Counted from the first letter of the stretch, positions 30,457 through 40,252 are shown. The stretch: 64,000 bases of DNA from Candidatus Omnitrophota bacterium (GCA_021163425.1 JAGGWS010000072.1:6582-70581); one strand, 5' to 3'. Numbers and translations are program-made. Notes: generated by a model not told the origin, from the letters alone.

Positions 30457-31999
30457 AGTTAGGAGAGCTTTGATAAGTGTTTCTGATAAGCAAGGGTTAG
30501 AAGATTTAGTAAGGTGTCTTTCTGAGCTGGGAGTAGAGATTCTTTCTACAGGAGGAACAGCTAAAAAGATAAGAGAATTAGGTATAGCTGTTAAAGATGT
30601 TTCTGAATACACAGGTTTTCCTGAAATGCTTGAAGGAAGAGTTAAAACCCTTCATCCTAAAATTCACGCTGGGTTATTAGCTTTAAGAGATAACCCCGAT
30701 CATTTAGAAGAGGTTAAAAAACATAATATAGAGCTGATTGATATGGTGGTAGTAAACTTATATCCTTTTGAAAAAGTTGTCCAGCAAAAAGGTGTAGATT
30801 TAGAAGAGGCTATAGAAAATATAGATATAGGAGGAGTTACTATATTAAGGAGTGCTGCTAAAAATTATAAGGCTGTGGCAGTAGTAACTTCACCTTCTCA
30901 ATATCCTTTGATAATAAAAGAGCTTAAAGATAATAAAGGTTGTCTTGTTGAACAGATTCTTAAGGATTTAGCCTTAGAGGTATTTAGAAGGACATCTGAG
31001 TATGATACAGCTATATTTAATTATTTAAGTGGTGAGTTTAAAGAAGAAAAGCTCTTCCCTCAAAAACTCACCTTAAGTTTGGAAAAAGTAAGAGATTTAA
31101 GGTATGGAGAGAATCCTCATCAAAAGGCGAGTTTCTACAGAGATTTAAGTTTTCAGAGAGGGTTTTCTTTAATTAAGCAGTATCAGGGGAAAGAACTCTC
31201 TTTTAACAATATTTTAGACTTAAATTCAGCAGTAGAGATAGTTAAAGAGTTTATTGAGCCAGCTTGTGCTATAATAAAGCATAACAATCCTTGTGGAGTA
31301 GCTTCTGCTGAAAATATAACTAAAGCCTACTTAGATGCTTTAGACTGTGATAGGCTGAGTGCTTTTGGAAGTATCATTGGTTTTAACAGAGAAGTAGATA
31401 AAAATACTGCTGAAGTTATAATGAAAGAGGCTGATTTTGTAGAGTGTATTATTGCTCCCTCTTATGAAAAAGCTTCTTTAGAGGTTTTTTCTCAGAAGAA
31501 GAATTTAAGGATAATAGAAGCAGATTTTGATTCTTTTAAAGATTATTTAGATTTTAGAAGAGTAGGGGGAGGATTTTTAGTTCAGAATAAGGATTTAAAG
31601 GATATGGGAGAGAGTAATTTAAAGGTAGTTACTAAAAAATCTCCTGCTTCTGGAGAGTTTACCTCTCTTTTATTTGCTTATAAGGTAGTAAAACATGTAA
31701 AGAGTAATGCCATAGTTTTAGCCAAGGGTAAAAAGACAGTAGGCATTGGAGCAGGCCAGATGAGCAGAGTGGATTCAGTAATAATTTCGGTAAGAAAGGC
31801 TGGAGAAAGGGCTAAGGACTCAGTTTTAGCCAGCGATGCTTTCTTTCCTAAGCCTGATGCTATAGAAGAAGCTTATCGGGCAGGAGTTAGAGCTATAATT
31901 CAGCCGGGAGGCTCTATCCGGGATAAAGAAGTAATTTCTGCTTGTGATAGATACGGAATAAGTATGGTTTTTACCGGGATAAGGCACTTTAAGCACTAA
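30449..31999 (+). CDS. purH: Bifunctional AICAR transformylase/IMP cyclohydrolase
   Basis: ALISVSDK, GRVKTLHP, LRYGENPHQ, KHNNPCG, SDAFFP, RHFKH. Confidence 0.98.
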   Translation: MLKVRRALISVSDKQGLEDLVRCLSELGVEILSTGGTAKKIRELGIAVKDVSEYTGFPEMLEGRVKTLHPKIHAGLLALRDNPDHLEEVKKHNIELIDMVVVNLYPFEKVVQQKGVDLEEAIENIDIGGVTILRSAAKNYKAVAVVTSPSQYPLIIKELKDNKGCLVEQILKDLALEVFRRTSEYDTAIFNYLSGEFKEEKLFPQKLTLSLEKVRDLRYGENPHQKASFYRDLSFQRGFSLIKQYQGKELSFNNILDLNSAVEIVKEFIEPACAIIKHNNPCGVASAENITKAYLDALDCDRLSAFGSIIGFNREVDKNTAEVIMKEADFVECIIAPSYEKASLEVFSQKKNLRIIEADFDSFKDYLDFRRVGGGFLVQNKDLKDMGESNLKVVTKKSPASGEFTSLLFAYKVVKHVKSNAIVLAKGKKTVGIGAGQMSRVDSVIISVRKAGERAKDSVLASDAFFPKPDAIEEAYRAGVRAIIQPGGSIRDKEVISACDRYGISMVFTGIRHFKH

Positions 32000-32060
32000 A
32001 TTATGGATTCTAACAAGATGATTATTCAAATAGGCTCTTTGCTTTTGAAGAGGTGAGCAA

Positions 32061-33761
32061 ATGAAGATACCTTCTGATTTAGAAATAGCCCGGAGAATAA
32101 GACTAAAACCTATAAAAGAGATAGCTAAAAAATTAGGGTTAAGAGAAAAAGAGATAGAACTCTATGGAGACTATAAAGCCAAGGTAAAATTAGAAGTACT
32201 TAAGAGACTTAAAAAAAGAAAGAAAGGAAAGTATATTTTAGTTACAGCTATTACCCCTACTCCTTTAGGCGAAGGAAAGACTCTAACTACTATTGGTCTT
32301 TCTATGGCTTTAAGCAGAATGGGTAAGAAATCTATAGCCTGTATTCGTCAACCTTCTTTAGGTCCGGTATTCGGGATAAAAGGAGGAGCAACTGGTGGAG
32401 GTTATTCCCAGGTGCTTCCTATGGAAGAGGTTAATCTTCATTTAACTGGAGATGTTCACGCCGTAAGTATTGCTCATAATCTTTGCTCGGCTTTTTTAGA
32501 CAATTCTATGTTTAAAGGTAATCCTTTAGAGATTGACCCTGATTCTGTTTTATGGAGAAGGGTTGTAGATGTTTCCGATAGATTTTTAAGGAATATTAAG
32601 ATTGGTTTAGATTCAAAGGAAGATGGCTTTGAAAGAGATTCGGGATTTGATATTGCTGGAGCTTCAGAGATTATGGCTATTTTAGCTTTGGCTAAAAATC
32701 TTAAGGATTTAAGACAAAGGATAGGTAAGATAATTTTAGCTACTAATAAAAAGAGAGAACCAGTAACTTCTGAAGATATAAAAGTAGCAGGAGCTATGAC
32801 TGTTTTGTTAAAAGATGCTTTAAAGCCCAATCTTTTACAGACTACAGAACATACTCCCTGCTTTATTCATACCGGTCCTTTTGGTAATATTGCCCAGGGA
32901 AATAGTTCGATACTGGCTGACTTAATTGCTATCCGACTTTCTGATTTTGTAGTAACTGAGTCAGGTTTTGGTGCTGATTGTGGAGCTGAGAAATTTTTTA
33001 ATATAAAGTGTAGAGTAAGCGGGCTTAAGCCGGATTGTGCAGTTTTAGTTTGTTCTGTCCGAGCTTTAAAGATGCATTCAGGAAGGTTTAAGATAATTCC
33101 AGGAAAGCCTTTCCCTTCTTCTTTATTACAAGGAGACTTAAAAGCTATTGAAGAGGGTTTACCTAATTTAGAAAAACAGATTGAGAATATAAAACTATTT
33201 GGTTTGCCAGTAGTTGTGGCTATAAATAGGTTTAATACTGATACTCCTGAAGAATTAGAGTTTATTATGAAGAAAGCAAAGGAGTTGGGAGCTGATTTTA
33301 GTGTAGTAAGCCAATTGTGGGCTAAAGGTTCAAAAGGGGGGATAGACTTGGCTAAAGCGGTAATTACAGCAGTTAAAAAGAAGTTCAAATTTAAATTTCT
33401 TTATCCCTTAGATTGGCCAATTAAGAAGAAGATAGAAACAATTGCTACTAAGATTTACGGAGCAAAGGGGGTTTCTTATTCACAAAAAGCAGAAAGAAAA
33501 ATTAAGCTTTATAAAGAGTGGGGCTTAAGTAACCTTCCTATATGTATGGCTAAAACTCATCTTTCTTTATCTCATGACCCTAAACTTAAGGGAAGGCCTG
33601 TTGATTTTACTTTGCCGGTAGTAGATATAAAAGTTTCAGCAGGGGCAGGGTTTTTGTATCCTTTATGTGGAAAGATTAGAACTATGCCTGGACTTCCTAC
33701 GCATCCAGCCGGAGAAAGAGTAGATATTGATGCTAAAGGAAGGATAAAAGGGCTTTTTTAG
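32061..33761 (+). CDS. fhs: Formate--tetrahydrofolate ligase
   Basis: TPTPLGEGKT, RQPSLGPVFGIKGGA, TESGFGAD, TMPGLP. Confidence 0.97.
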   Translation: MKIPSDLEIARRIRLKPIKEIAKKLGLREKEIELYGDYKAKVKLEVLKRLKKRKKGKYILVTAITPTPLGEGKTLTTIGLSMALSRMGKKSIACIRQPSLGPVFGIKGGATGGGYSQVLPMEEVNLHLTGDVHAVSIAHNLCSAFLDNSMFKGNPLEIDPDSVLWRRVVDVSDRFLRNIKIGLDSKEDGFERDSGFDIAGASEIMAILALAKNLKDLRQRIGKIILATNKKREPVTSEDIKVAGAMTVLLKDALKPNLLQTTEHTPCFIHTGPFGNIAQGNSSILADLIAIRLSDFVVTESGFGADCGAEKFFNIKCRVSGLKPDCAVLVCSVRALKMHSGRFKIIPGKPFPSSLLQGDLKAIEEGLPNLEKQIENIKLFGLPVVVAINRFNTDTPEELEFIMKKAKELGADFSVVSQLWAKGSKGGIDLAKAVITAVKKKFKFKFLYPLDWPIKKKIETIATKIYGAKGVSYSQKAERKIKLYKEWGLSNLPICMAKTHLSLSHDPKLKGRPVDFTLPVVDIKVSAGAGFLYPLCGKIRTMPGLPTHPAGERVDIDAKGRIKGLF

Positions 33762-33768
33762 GTGAAAA

Positions 33769-34362
33769 ATGTATAAGGAAAAATTTAGCGAGTATTTAGA
33801 GGATTTAGCAGAGAAATTGCCTGCGCCGGGAGGAGGAAGTGCTTCGGGTTTAGTGGCTTGCTTGGGGATAGCTTTATTAGAGATGAGTTGTAATTTTACT
33901 GTAGGAAAGCCTAAATACAAGGAAGTTGAAGCTGAGATTAAAGAGATTTTGGAGAAGTTAGTTTCTTTAAGAGGGAGATTAGAAGAGTTAATTGATGAAG
34001 ATGTGTTTTCTTATCAGGAGTTATCTTTAGCTTACAGACTTAAAGAAAAAGAGAAAATCCAGTCTGCTTTAAAAAAAGCAATAGAAGTTCCTTTGAAAAT
34101 TTGTGGATTTTCTTTAGAGGGTTTAAGGTTATCTAAGATTATTTTAGAAAAGGCTAATCCTAATCTGATAACTGATACAGGGGGAGGAGTATTATTTTTA
34201 ACTGCGGGGTTTAATTCGGCAGAACTAAATGTGAGAATAAATCTAAAGAATTTAAAAGATAGAGAGTTATTAAAGAAAATTCAGCAAAGTTTAAAAGAGC
34301 AATCTGAAGAAGTAAAGGAGATTAAAGAAAAGATATTAAAAAAAGTTTATTGTAGATTGTAA
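33769..34362 (+). CDS. fchA: Methenyl-THF cyclohydrolase (FTCD C-terminal/FchA family)
   Basis: PAPGGGSAS, LNVRINL; between fhs and folD. Confidence 0.88.
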   Translation: MYKEKFSEYLEDLAEKLPAPGGGSASGLVACLGIALLEMSCNFTVGKPKYKEVEAEIKEILEKLVSLRGRLEELIDEDVFSYQELSLAYRLKEKEKIQSALKKAIEVPLKICGFSLEGLRLSKIILEKANPNLITDTGGGVLFLTAGFNSAELNVRINLKNLKDRELLKKIQQSLKEQSEEVKEIKEKILKKVYCRL

Positions 34363-34383
34363 GTTTTGAGAAAGGAAAAAATT

Positions 34384-35295
34384 ATGCCTGCAAAGTTATT
34401 AGAGGGAAGATCCCTTGCTGATAAGATTAAAGAGGAGTTAAAAAAAGAGATTGAGGTCTTAAAGAAAGAAGGATGTCCTCTCCTTTTAGCAGCAGTTCAA
34501 GTTGGAGAAGACTTTGCTTCTCGGGTTTATTTAAAACAGCAGAAGAAAGCCTGTCAGGAATTAGGTATTGACTACCAGATTAAAGAACTCCCTTTACAAA
34601 TCACCCAGGAAGAGCTTTTAAGTTTTATTGAATCTCTCAATCAGGATAAGAAAATTACCGGGATAATCTTACAGATGCCTTTGCCTTCTCATTTAAATGC
34701 TCACCAGATTCAGATGAGGCTTTCTCCTTTAAAAGATGTAGAGAGTATCCATCCTTTAAATATGGGAAGGTTAATTTATGGGGATAATAAGATTTTTCCT
34801 CCCACAGCAGGAGCAGTGGTTGAGCTTTTAAAGTCTGCTGGTCAAAATTTGAAAGGAAAAGAAATAGTTATTGTGGGTCACAGTGAGATAGTAGGCAAAC
34901 CTTTAAGCTTACTTTTACTGCAATCAGAGTTTTCTTCTCCTACAGTTACGGTTTGTCATATTGCTACTCAGGATTTGGCTTTCCATATCCGGAGAGCTGA
35001 AATTTTGATTGTAGCTGTAGGTAAACCTCAGTTAATTAAAGCTGATAGTTTAAAAGAAGGAGCAATTGTCATAGATGTGGGTATAAATAGAGTGCCGGTA
35101 TTAGATGGGAAAGGAAGAGAAGTATTAGATGAAAGAGGAAGACCTAAGTTTCAGATTGTAGGTGATGTAGAATTTGAAAAAGCTAAAGAAATTTGTTCTT
35201 ATATAACCCCTGTTCCTGGAGGAGTAGGTCCTTTAACCACTGCTTTACTTTTGAAGAATACTGTAGAATGTGCAAAACTTCAGAAAGTTTCTTAA
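34384..35295 (+). CDS. folD: Methylene-THF dehydrogenase/cyclohydrolase
   Basis: QMPLP, VGHSEIVGKP, DVGIN, TPVPGGVGP. Confidence 0.96.
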   Translation: MPAKLLEGRSLADKIKEELKKEIEVLKKEGCPLLLAAVQVGEDFASRVYLKQQKKACQELGIDYQIKELPLQITQEELLSFIESLNQDKKITGIILQMPLPSHLNAHQIQMRLSPLKDVESIHPLNMGRLIYGDNKIFPPTAGAVVELLKSAGQNLKGKEIVIVGHSEIVGKPLSLLLLQSEFSSPTVTVCHIATQDLAFHIRRAEILIVAVGKPQLIKADSLKEGAIVIDVGINRVPVLDGKGREVLDERGRPKFQIVGDVEFEKAKEICSYITPVPGGVGPLTTALLLKNTVECAKLQKVS

Positions 35296-35361
35296 CTTGA
35301 CACTTTCTTTTGAAAGTTAAATGTCAAGTTAGGCAGATACAAGACTCCCCTCTCGGAGTCT
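35291..35361. repeat. Two tandem inverted repeats after folD
   Basis: TAACTTGACA/TGTCAAGTTA enclosing CTTTC/GAAAG; then AGACTCC/GGAGTCT. Confidence 0.6.
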
Positions 35362-35437
35362 CTATAAAAGGGATAGATTGGGTTAGTTTACTTTAAATAA
35401 TAGCAACAGTTAATATAACACTACAGCTTAATTTTCC

Positions 35438-35466
35438 TTTACAATATATCTTTAAAATTGTATAAT
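35438..35466 (+). promoter_or_regulatory. Sigma70 promoter
   Basis: TTTACA, 17 nt, TATAAT. Confidence 0.7.
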
Positions 35467-35474
35467 TAGTTTCT

Positions 35475-35627
35475 GTGCCTAAGCCTAAAAAGGTTAAAAT
35501 TAGAAAAGTTTGGTTAATTAATCCTAAGACCCGGATTAAGGAGAGTAAAAAAATATATAAAAGAAGCAGAGAAAAGCAAAGGTTTAAAAAAGAGATTAAT
35601 AAATGTCTAAAAGAATCCTTAAGTTAG
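35475..35627 (+). CDS. Small basic hypothetical protein (50 aa), probably leaderless
   Basis: GTG start 8 nt after the -10 box; [50 protein letters not shown]; overlaps the hisG start. Confidence 0.65.
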   Translation: MPKPKKVKIRKVWLINPKTRIKESKKIYKRSREKQRFKKEINKCLKESLS

Positions 35628-36487
35628 GTCTACCTAAAGGGAGTCTTCAAGAAGCGACTTTTAAGCTTTTTCAGATGGCTGGGTTTAAAATAAGGTTGAG
35701 CTCTGAGCGTTCCTATTTTCCTTCCATAGATGATGAAGAAATTTTTCCTGTTTTGATTAGAGCCCAGGAGATGTCCCGCTATGTAGAGAAAGGAGATTTA
35801 GACTGTGGAATAACCGGAGAAGACTGGATTAGGGAAAATTCCTCTAAAGTTAAGGAGGTAGCCCAACTCCTTTATGCTAAAAAGACTTTCCAGCCAGTAA
35901 GGTGGGTGATAGCAGTAAGAGAAGATTCTAAGATTAAGAATGTAAGAGACTTACAGGGAAAGAGAATTGCTACGGAATTAGTAAATGTTACCAGACAATT
36001 TCTCAAAAAGCATAAGGTTAAAGCTTTTGTAGAATTTAGCTGGGGGGCTACAGAAGTAAAGGTAAAGAGTGGTTTAGTTGATGCTATTGTTGAACTTACT
36101 GAAACCGGGACTTCTTTGAGAGCCAATAATTTAAGGGAGATAGCCTGTGTTTGTGAGTCTACTACCAAGTTTATAGCTAACAATTCTGCTTATAAAGATA
36201 GCTGGAAGAGGAAGAAGATAGACTACATAGCTTTGCTTCTATTAGGGGCAATTCAGGCTCAGGGGAAAGTAGGGATAAAATTAAATGTGAAGGAGAAGGA
36301 TTTAAATAAAATTTTAGGAATTTTGCCGGCTTTGAGAAAGCCAACGGTCTCTTCTCTGGCTAGTAAAGACTGGTTTGCCTTAGAAGTTATAATAGAAGAA
36401 GATAAAGTTAAAAAACTCATACCCAGACTTAAAGAATTAGGAGCAGAGGGTATAGTAGAGTACCCTTTAAACAAGATAATAAATTAA
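35603..36487 (+). CDS. hisG: ATP phosphoribosyltransferase, long form
   Basis: [30 protein letters not shown]-terminal regulatory domain. Confidence 0.96.
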   Translation: MSKRILKLGLPKGSLQEATFKLFQMAGFKIRLSSERSYFPSIDDEEIFPVLIRAQEMSRYVEKGDLDCGITGEDWIRENSSKVKEVAQLLYAKKTFQPVRWVIAVREDSKIKNVRDLQGKRIATELVNVTRQFLKKHKVKAFVEFSWGATEVKVKSGLVDAIVELTETGTSLRANNLREIACVCESTTKFIANNSAYKDSWKRKKIDYIALLLLGAIQAQGKVGIKLNVKEKDLNKILGILPALRKPTVSSLASKDWFALEVIIEEDKVKKLIPRLKELGAEGIVEYPLNKIIN

Positions 36488-36496
36488 GACAAAACT

Positions 36497-36589
36497 ATGC
36501 CTTGTGGAAGAAAAAGAAAGTTAAAAAAAGTAAAGAGACACTGGTTTAAAAAGAGAAGGAAACAACAGAGACACAAGAAGAAAAAGTAA
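36497..36589 (+). CDS. bS22/mS38 (AURKAIP1/COX24-domain) ribosomal-protein-like peptide, 30 aa
   Basis: MPCGRKRKLKKVKRHWFKKRRKQQRHKKKK fits the MPxGKKRK...HKxKKR...RHK family pattern; below the ORF-track cutoff. Confidence 0.85.
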   Translation: MPCGRKRKLKKVKRHWFKKRRKQQRHKKKK

Positions 36590-36624
36590 ATAGTCCCTTA
36601 AAGAGAGGAAATATTAGAGCTACG

Positions 36625-37596
36625 ATGGTAAGGATTTTTTTTCTCAGCTTAGGTATGTGGTTTATCTTCTCTGGCTTTAAAATTGGAGATAAGTCTCCTT
36701 CTAAAAATATTAACCCTGCTTATAGGGCTTACCTTAAAGGTCTCCTTTCTGAACGTTACGGAGATTCTCAGAGAGCTTTAGAAGAATACCTAAAAGCAGG
36801 TAAGTTTGATGAGGAGTCTGTTTCTCTTCAAACACGAGTAGCTGTTCAATATATAAAATTGAATAAGATTTCCAAGGCTCTCCCTATTTTAAAAAGACTT
36901 ACTCAAAAGGAGCCTGTAAATTTAGATGCTTATCTTTTGTTAATACTTGTTTATTCTTCTCAGGGAAAAGAGGGAGAAGCTTCCGGGGTATATGAAGAAA
37001 TGCTTTCTAAGCTTTATAAAGAAAAACCTGGTAATTTAAAGGTTGCCGAGAGTTTAGCTCAGTTTAAATTCCAGAAGAAAGATTTTAATTCTGCCTTGAA
37101 AATTTATGAGACTATTTTGAAGGCTAATCCTGAGTATAGTGATGCTTATTTCTGGATTGGCTATATCTATGAGGAAGAAGGTCAGAGACAGAAAGCTATT
37201 GAGTTCTGGAGGCAAGGACTTAAATTTAATCCTGAGCATTCGGATATTCTGAATTCTTTAGGTTATATTTATGCTGAAGAAGGCATAAACTTGGATGAAG
37301 CAGAAGCTTTAATTAAGAAAGCCTTAGAAATGGAGCCTGATTCTCCAGCCTATTTAGATAGTTTAGGCTGGGTTTATTTTAAAAAGGGAGATTACTCTAA
37401 AGCTAAGAAATATATTGAAAAAGCTGCTTCTCTTATGAAGGACCCAGTAATTTTAGAACATTTAGGAGATGTCTATTATTGTTCCGGAAACAGAGAGCAG
37501 GCAAAAAAAATTTGGGAGGAGGCTTTAGAGCTTCAGCCCGAAAACGAAGTTCTTGAGCAAAAACTTAAAGGAGAAAATGAACTCTGCCAAGATTAA
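36625..37596 (+). CDS. Exported TPR-repeat protein
   Basis: Signal-like N-terminus; TPRs ending NSLGY, YLDSLGW, EHLGD. Confidence 0.88.
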   Translation: MVRIFFLSLGMWFIFSGFKIGDKSPSKNINPAYRAYLKGLLSERYGDSQRALEEYLKAGKFDEESVSLQTRVAVQYIKLNKISKALPILKRLTQKEPVNLDAYLLLILVYSSQGKEGEASGVYEEMLSKLYKEKPGNLKVAESLAQFKFQKKDFNSALKIYETILKANPEYSDAYFWIGYIYEEEGQRQKAIEFWRQGLKFNPEHSDILNSLGYIYAEEGINLDEAEALIKKALEMEPDSPAYLDSLGWVYFKKGDYSKAKKYIEKAASLMKDPVILEHLGDVYYCSGNREQAKKIWEEALELQPENEVLEQKLKGENELCQD

Positions 37597-38413
37597 GTTT
37601 TTAAAGAAAAAGGCTAATCAGATTAGGAAGTTGATAATAAAGATGCTTTCTCAGGCAGGAAGTGGACATCCCGGAGGTTCTTTATCTTGTGTAGAGATTA
37701 TTACTTGTTTATATTTTGGGGTAATGCGTCATAATCCTAAAGACCCTAATTGGTCTGAAAGAGATAGGTTTCATCTTTCTAAAGGTCATGCCTGCCCTGC
37801 CTGGTATTCTGCTTTGAGTTTAGTCGGATATTTTGAGGAGGAGCACTTATTTACCTTAAGAAGATTAGGGTCAATTCTCCAGGGACACCCTGATCGCAGA
37901 ACTCCGGGAGTAGAAGTAGCTTCAGGTTCCTTAGGCCAGGGTCTTTCAGTGGCTTTAGGGATGAGTTTAGCCTTAAAATTAGATAAAAAAGACTCTCGAG
38001 TTTATTGTCTTATGGGAGATGGTGAGATTCAGGAAGGGAACATCTGGGAAGCAGCTATGGCTTCAGCTCATTTTAAGGTGGATAATCTCTGTGGAATTGT
38101 AGACTACAATAGATTTCAGATAGATGGAAGGATAGAAAAGATTATGGATATTGAGCCCTTAGTGAGTAAGTGGGAAAGTTTTGGCTGGCATGTAATACAG
38201 GTTGATGGCCATAATATAGAAGAACTCTTAGAGGCTTTTGAAGAAGCTAAGCAGATTAAGGGCAAGCCCACAGTAATAATTGCTCATACAGTTAAAGGTA
38301 AAGGCGTTTCTTTTATGGAGCATGTGGTAGATTTTCACGGAAGAGCTCCTACTAAAGAAGAAGAAAAAATTGCTCTTAAAGAGCTCGAAGATTTAGAGAA
38401 TTTATTTAGCTGA
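37577..38413 (+). CDS. Transketolase N-terminal subunit
   Basis: SGHPGGS, LSKGH, GSLGQG, GDGE-x2-EG. Confidence 0.94.
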   Translation: MNSAKIKFLKKKANQIRKLIIKMLSQAGSGHPGGSLSCVEIITCLYFGVMRHNPKDPNWSERDRFHLSKGHACPAWYSALSLVGYFEEEHLFTLRRLGSILQGHPDRRTPGVEVASGSLGQGLSVALGMSLALKLDKKDSRVYCLMGDGEIQEGNIWEAAMASAHFKVDNLCGIVDYNRFQIDGRIEKIMDIEPLVSKWESFGWHVIQVDGHNIEELLEAFEEAKQIKGKPTVIIAHTVKGKGVSFMEHVVDFHGRAPTKEEEKIALKELEDLENLFS

Positions 38414-38428
38414 CTGAGATTAGATAAG

Positions 38429-39364
38429 ATGGCTGAATTATTTTATGCTCGAGATTTTTATGGTAAGACTCTTGTAGAATTAGGAAGAAAAGACCCTAAT
38501 ATTGTAGTTTTAGATGCTGATTTGTCCGGCTCTACCCGCACTGCTTTATTTGGGAAAGAATTCCCAGAGAGATTTTTTAATATGGGCGTGGCTGAGCAGA
38601 ATATGATGGCTACAGCTTCAGGTTTAGCCAGTTGTGGAAAGATAGTCTTTGTTTCTACCTTTTCTATGTTTGCTTCAGCCAGAGCCTTAGACCAGATAAG
38701 AAATACTATTTCTTATAATAACTTTAATGTAAAAATAGTGGCTTCTCACGGAGGTATTACTGTAGGTGAAGATGGTGCTTCTCACCAGGCTTTAGAAGAT
38801 ATTTCTTTTATGCGAGCTATCCCTAATATGAAGGTAGTGGTGCCTTGTGATGCTGAGGAGACTAGAGAAGCAGTATTTTCTGCTTATAAAACCTCAGGGC
38901 CTTTCTACATTCGGATTGGTCGGGCTAAAGTTCCTCAAATTGAAGGAAAGAAACCCTTTATCTTAGGCGAAGGTTATATCTTAAATGAAGGAGGAGACTT
39001 AGCTATAATTAGTTGTGGCTTTATGGTCTATCAGGCTTTGAGAGCTTTAGAGATTCTAAAAAAACAGGGGATAAACCCTTACATAGTAAATATCCATACT
39101 ATAAAACCTATAGACGAAAAGTTAATATCAGAATTAGCTGGGAAAGTAAAAGGCTTTGTAGTTTGTGAGGAACATTCAATAATTGGTGGTTTGGGTTCAG
39201 CTGTAGCTGAAGTAGTTTCGGAGAGAAAACCTCTGTTAATGAAGAGAGTTGGAGTTAGAGATAGTTTTGGTCAATCAGGAGCTCCCGGAGAACTCCTTAA
39301 GTTTTACGGTTTAGAACCCGAGAATATTGCCCAGGCCTGTTTAGAGATTCTCAGAAATGTTTGA
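38429..39364 (+). CDS. Transketolase C-terminal subunit
   Basis: DADLSGST, GVAEQN, GEDGASHQ, EEH-x3-GGLG. Confidence 0.94.
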   Translation: MAELFYARDFYGKTLVELGRKDPNIVVLDADLSGSTRTALFGKEFPERFFNMGVAEQNMMATASGLASCGKIVFVSTFSMFASARALDQIRNTISYNNFNVKIVASHGGITVGEDGASHQALEDISFMRAIPNMKVVVPCDAEETREAVFSAYKTSGPFYIRIGRAKVPQIEGKKPFILGEGYILNEGGDLAIISCGFMVYQALRALEILKKQGINPYIVNIHTIKPIDEKLISELAGKVKGFVVCEEHSIIGGLGSAVAEVVSERKPLLMKRVGVRDSFGQSGAPGELLKFYGLEPENIAQACLEILRNV

Positions 39365-40235
39365 TTGTATCTATCACAGTTCTTCTAAGAGCATCTTTCT
39401 TAAAACTCCTGCTAAACTGAACCTCTATTTAAATATCTTAAGTAAGAGAAAAGATGGCTATCATAATATCTGCAGTATAATAGAGAGAATAGCTCTTTTT
39501 GATGACTTAAAATTAGTTCTTAACAATACTAAGAGGGTAAGACTATTCTGCAATGTAAAAGAGTTGAATAATCCTTCTAACTTAGCCTTTAGAGCCTGCG
39601 AGTTATTTCGCCGAAGTTATAAGATAAGTGAAGGTGTAGATATTTTTTTAAACAAGAATATCCCTCCGGGTTCAGGTTTAGGAGGAGCTTCTTCCAATTG
39701 TGCGGGAGTACTTTTAGGTTTAAGTAAGCTTTTTAAGTTAGAGTTGAGTCTTAATCAGCTTTACAGGTTAGGCGAGAAATTAGGTTCTGATGTTAATTTC
39801 TTCCTGGGAGGAATTAGCTTTGCCTTAGCTTTAGGCAGAGGAGAGAAGATTTATCCTTTAGAAGGGAGGTTTAAGATTAGCCACCTTTTAATTCTGCCTA
39901 ATTTTTCTTCTTCTACTGCCAAAGTATATAAAGCTTACAACTTAAATTTGACAACTTCTATTGACAATGCTAAACTAATAATTTATAGTTTGAAGAAGAA
40001 AGATAAAGCTTTCTTAGAGAAGTTAATTTTTAATGCTCTAACTAAGCCTTTTTTGAAGATATATCCTGAGGAGAGAGAGATTTTTGAAATCATTTCTCAA
40101 AGAGAAGATTATTCCTTCTCTTTGACCGGTGCAGGTTCAGCTATTTTTCTTCTTTATAAACAAAAATTAGGAGGTAAAATATATAAGAGCTTAAAAAAGT
40201 TAGGGGTTAAATTCTTACAGGTTTTTACATTTTAA
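39357..40235 (+). CDS. ispE: CDP-ME kinase
   Basis: PAKLNLYL, DGYH, PGSGLGGASSN, GSDV. Confidence 0.92.
   Translation: MFDCIYHSSSKSIFLKTPAKLNLYLNILSKRKDGYHNICSIIERIALFDDLKLVLNNTKRVRLFCNVKELNNPSNLAFRACELFRRSYKISEGVDIFLNKNIPPGSGLGGASSNCAGVLLGLSKLFKLELSLNQLYRLGEKLGSDVNFFLGGISFALALGRGEKIYPLEGRFKISHLLILPNFSSSTAKVYKAYNLNLTTSIDNAKLIIYSLKKKDKAFLEKLIFNALTKPFLKIYPEEREIFEIISQREDYSFSLTGAGSAIFLLYKQKLGGKIYKSLKKLGVKFLQVFTF
39948..39976 (+). promoter_or_regulatory. Internal promoter in ispE for the spoVG/tRNA-Gln/glmU/prs cluster
   Basis: TTGACA, 17 nt, TAAACT with extended -10 TG. Confidence 0.6.
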
Positions 40236-40252
40236 CCAAAGGAGGCCAGCTT

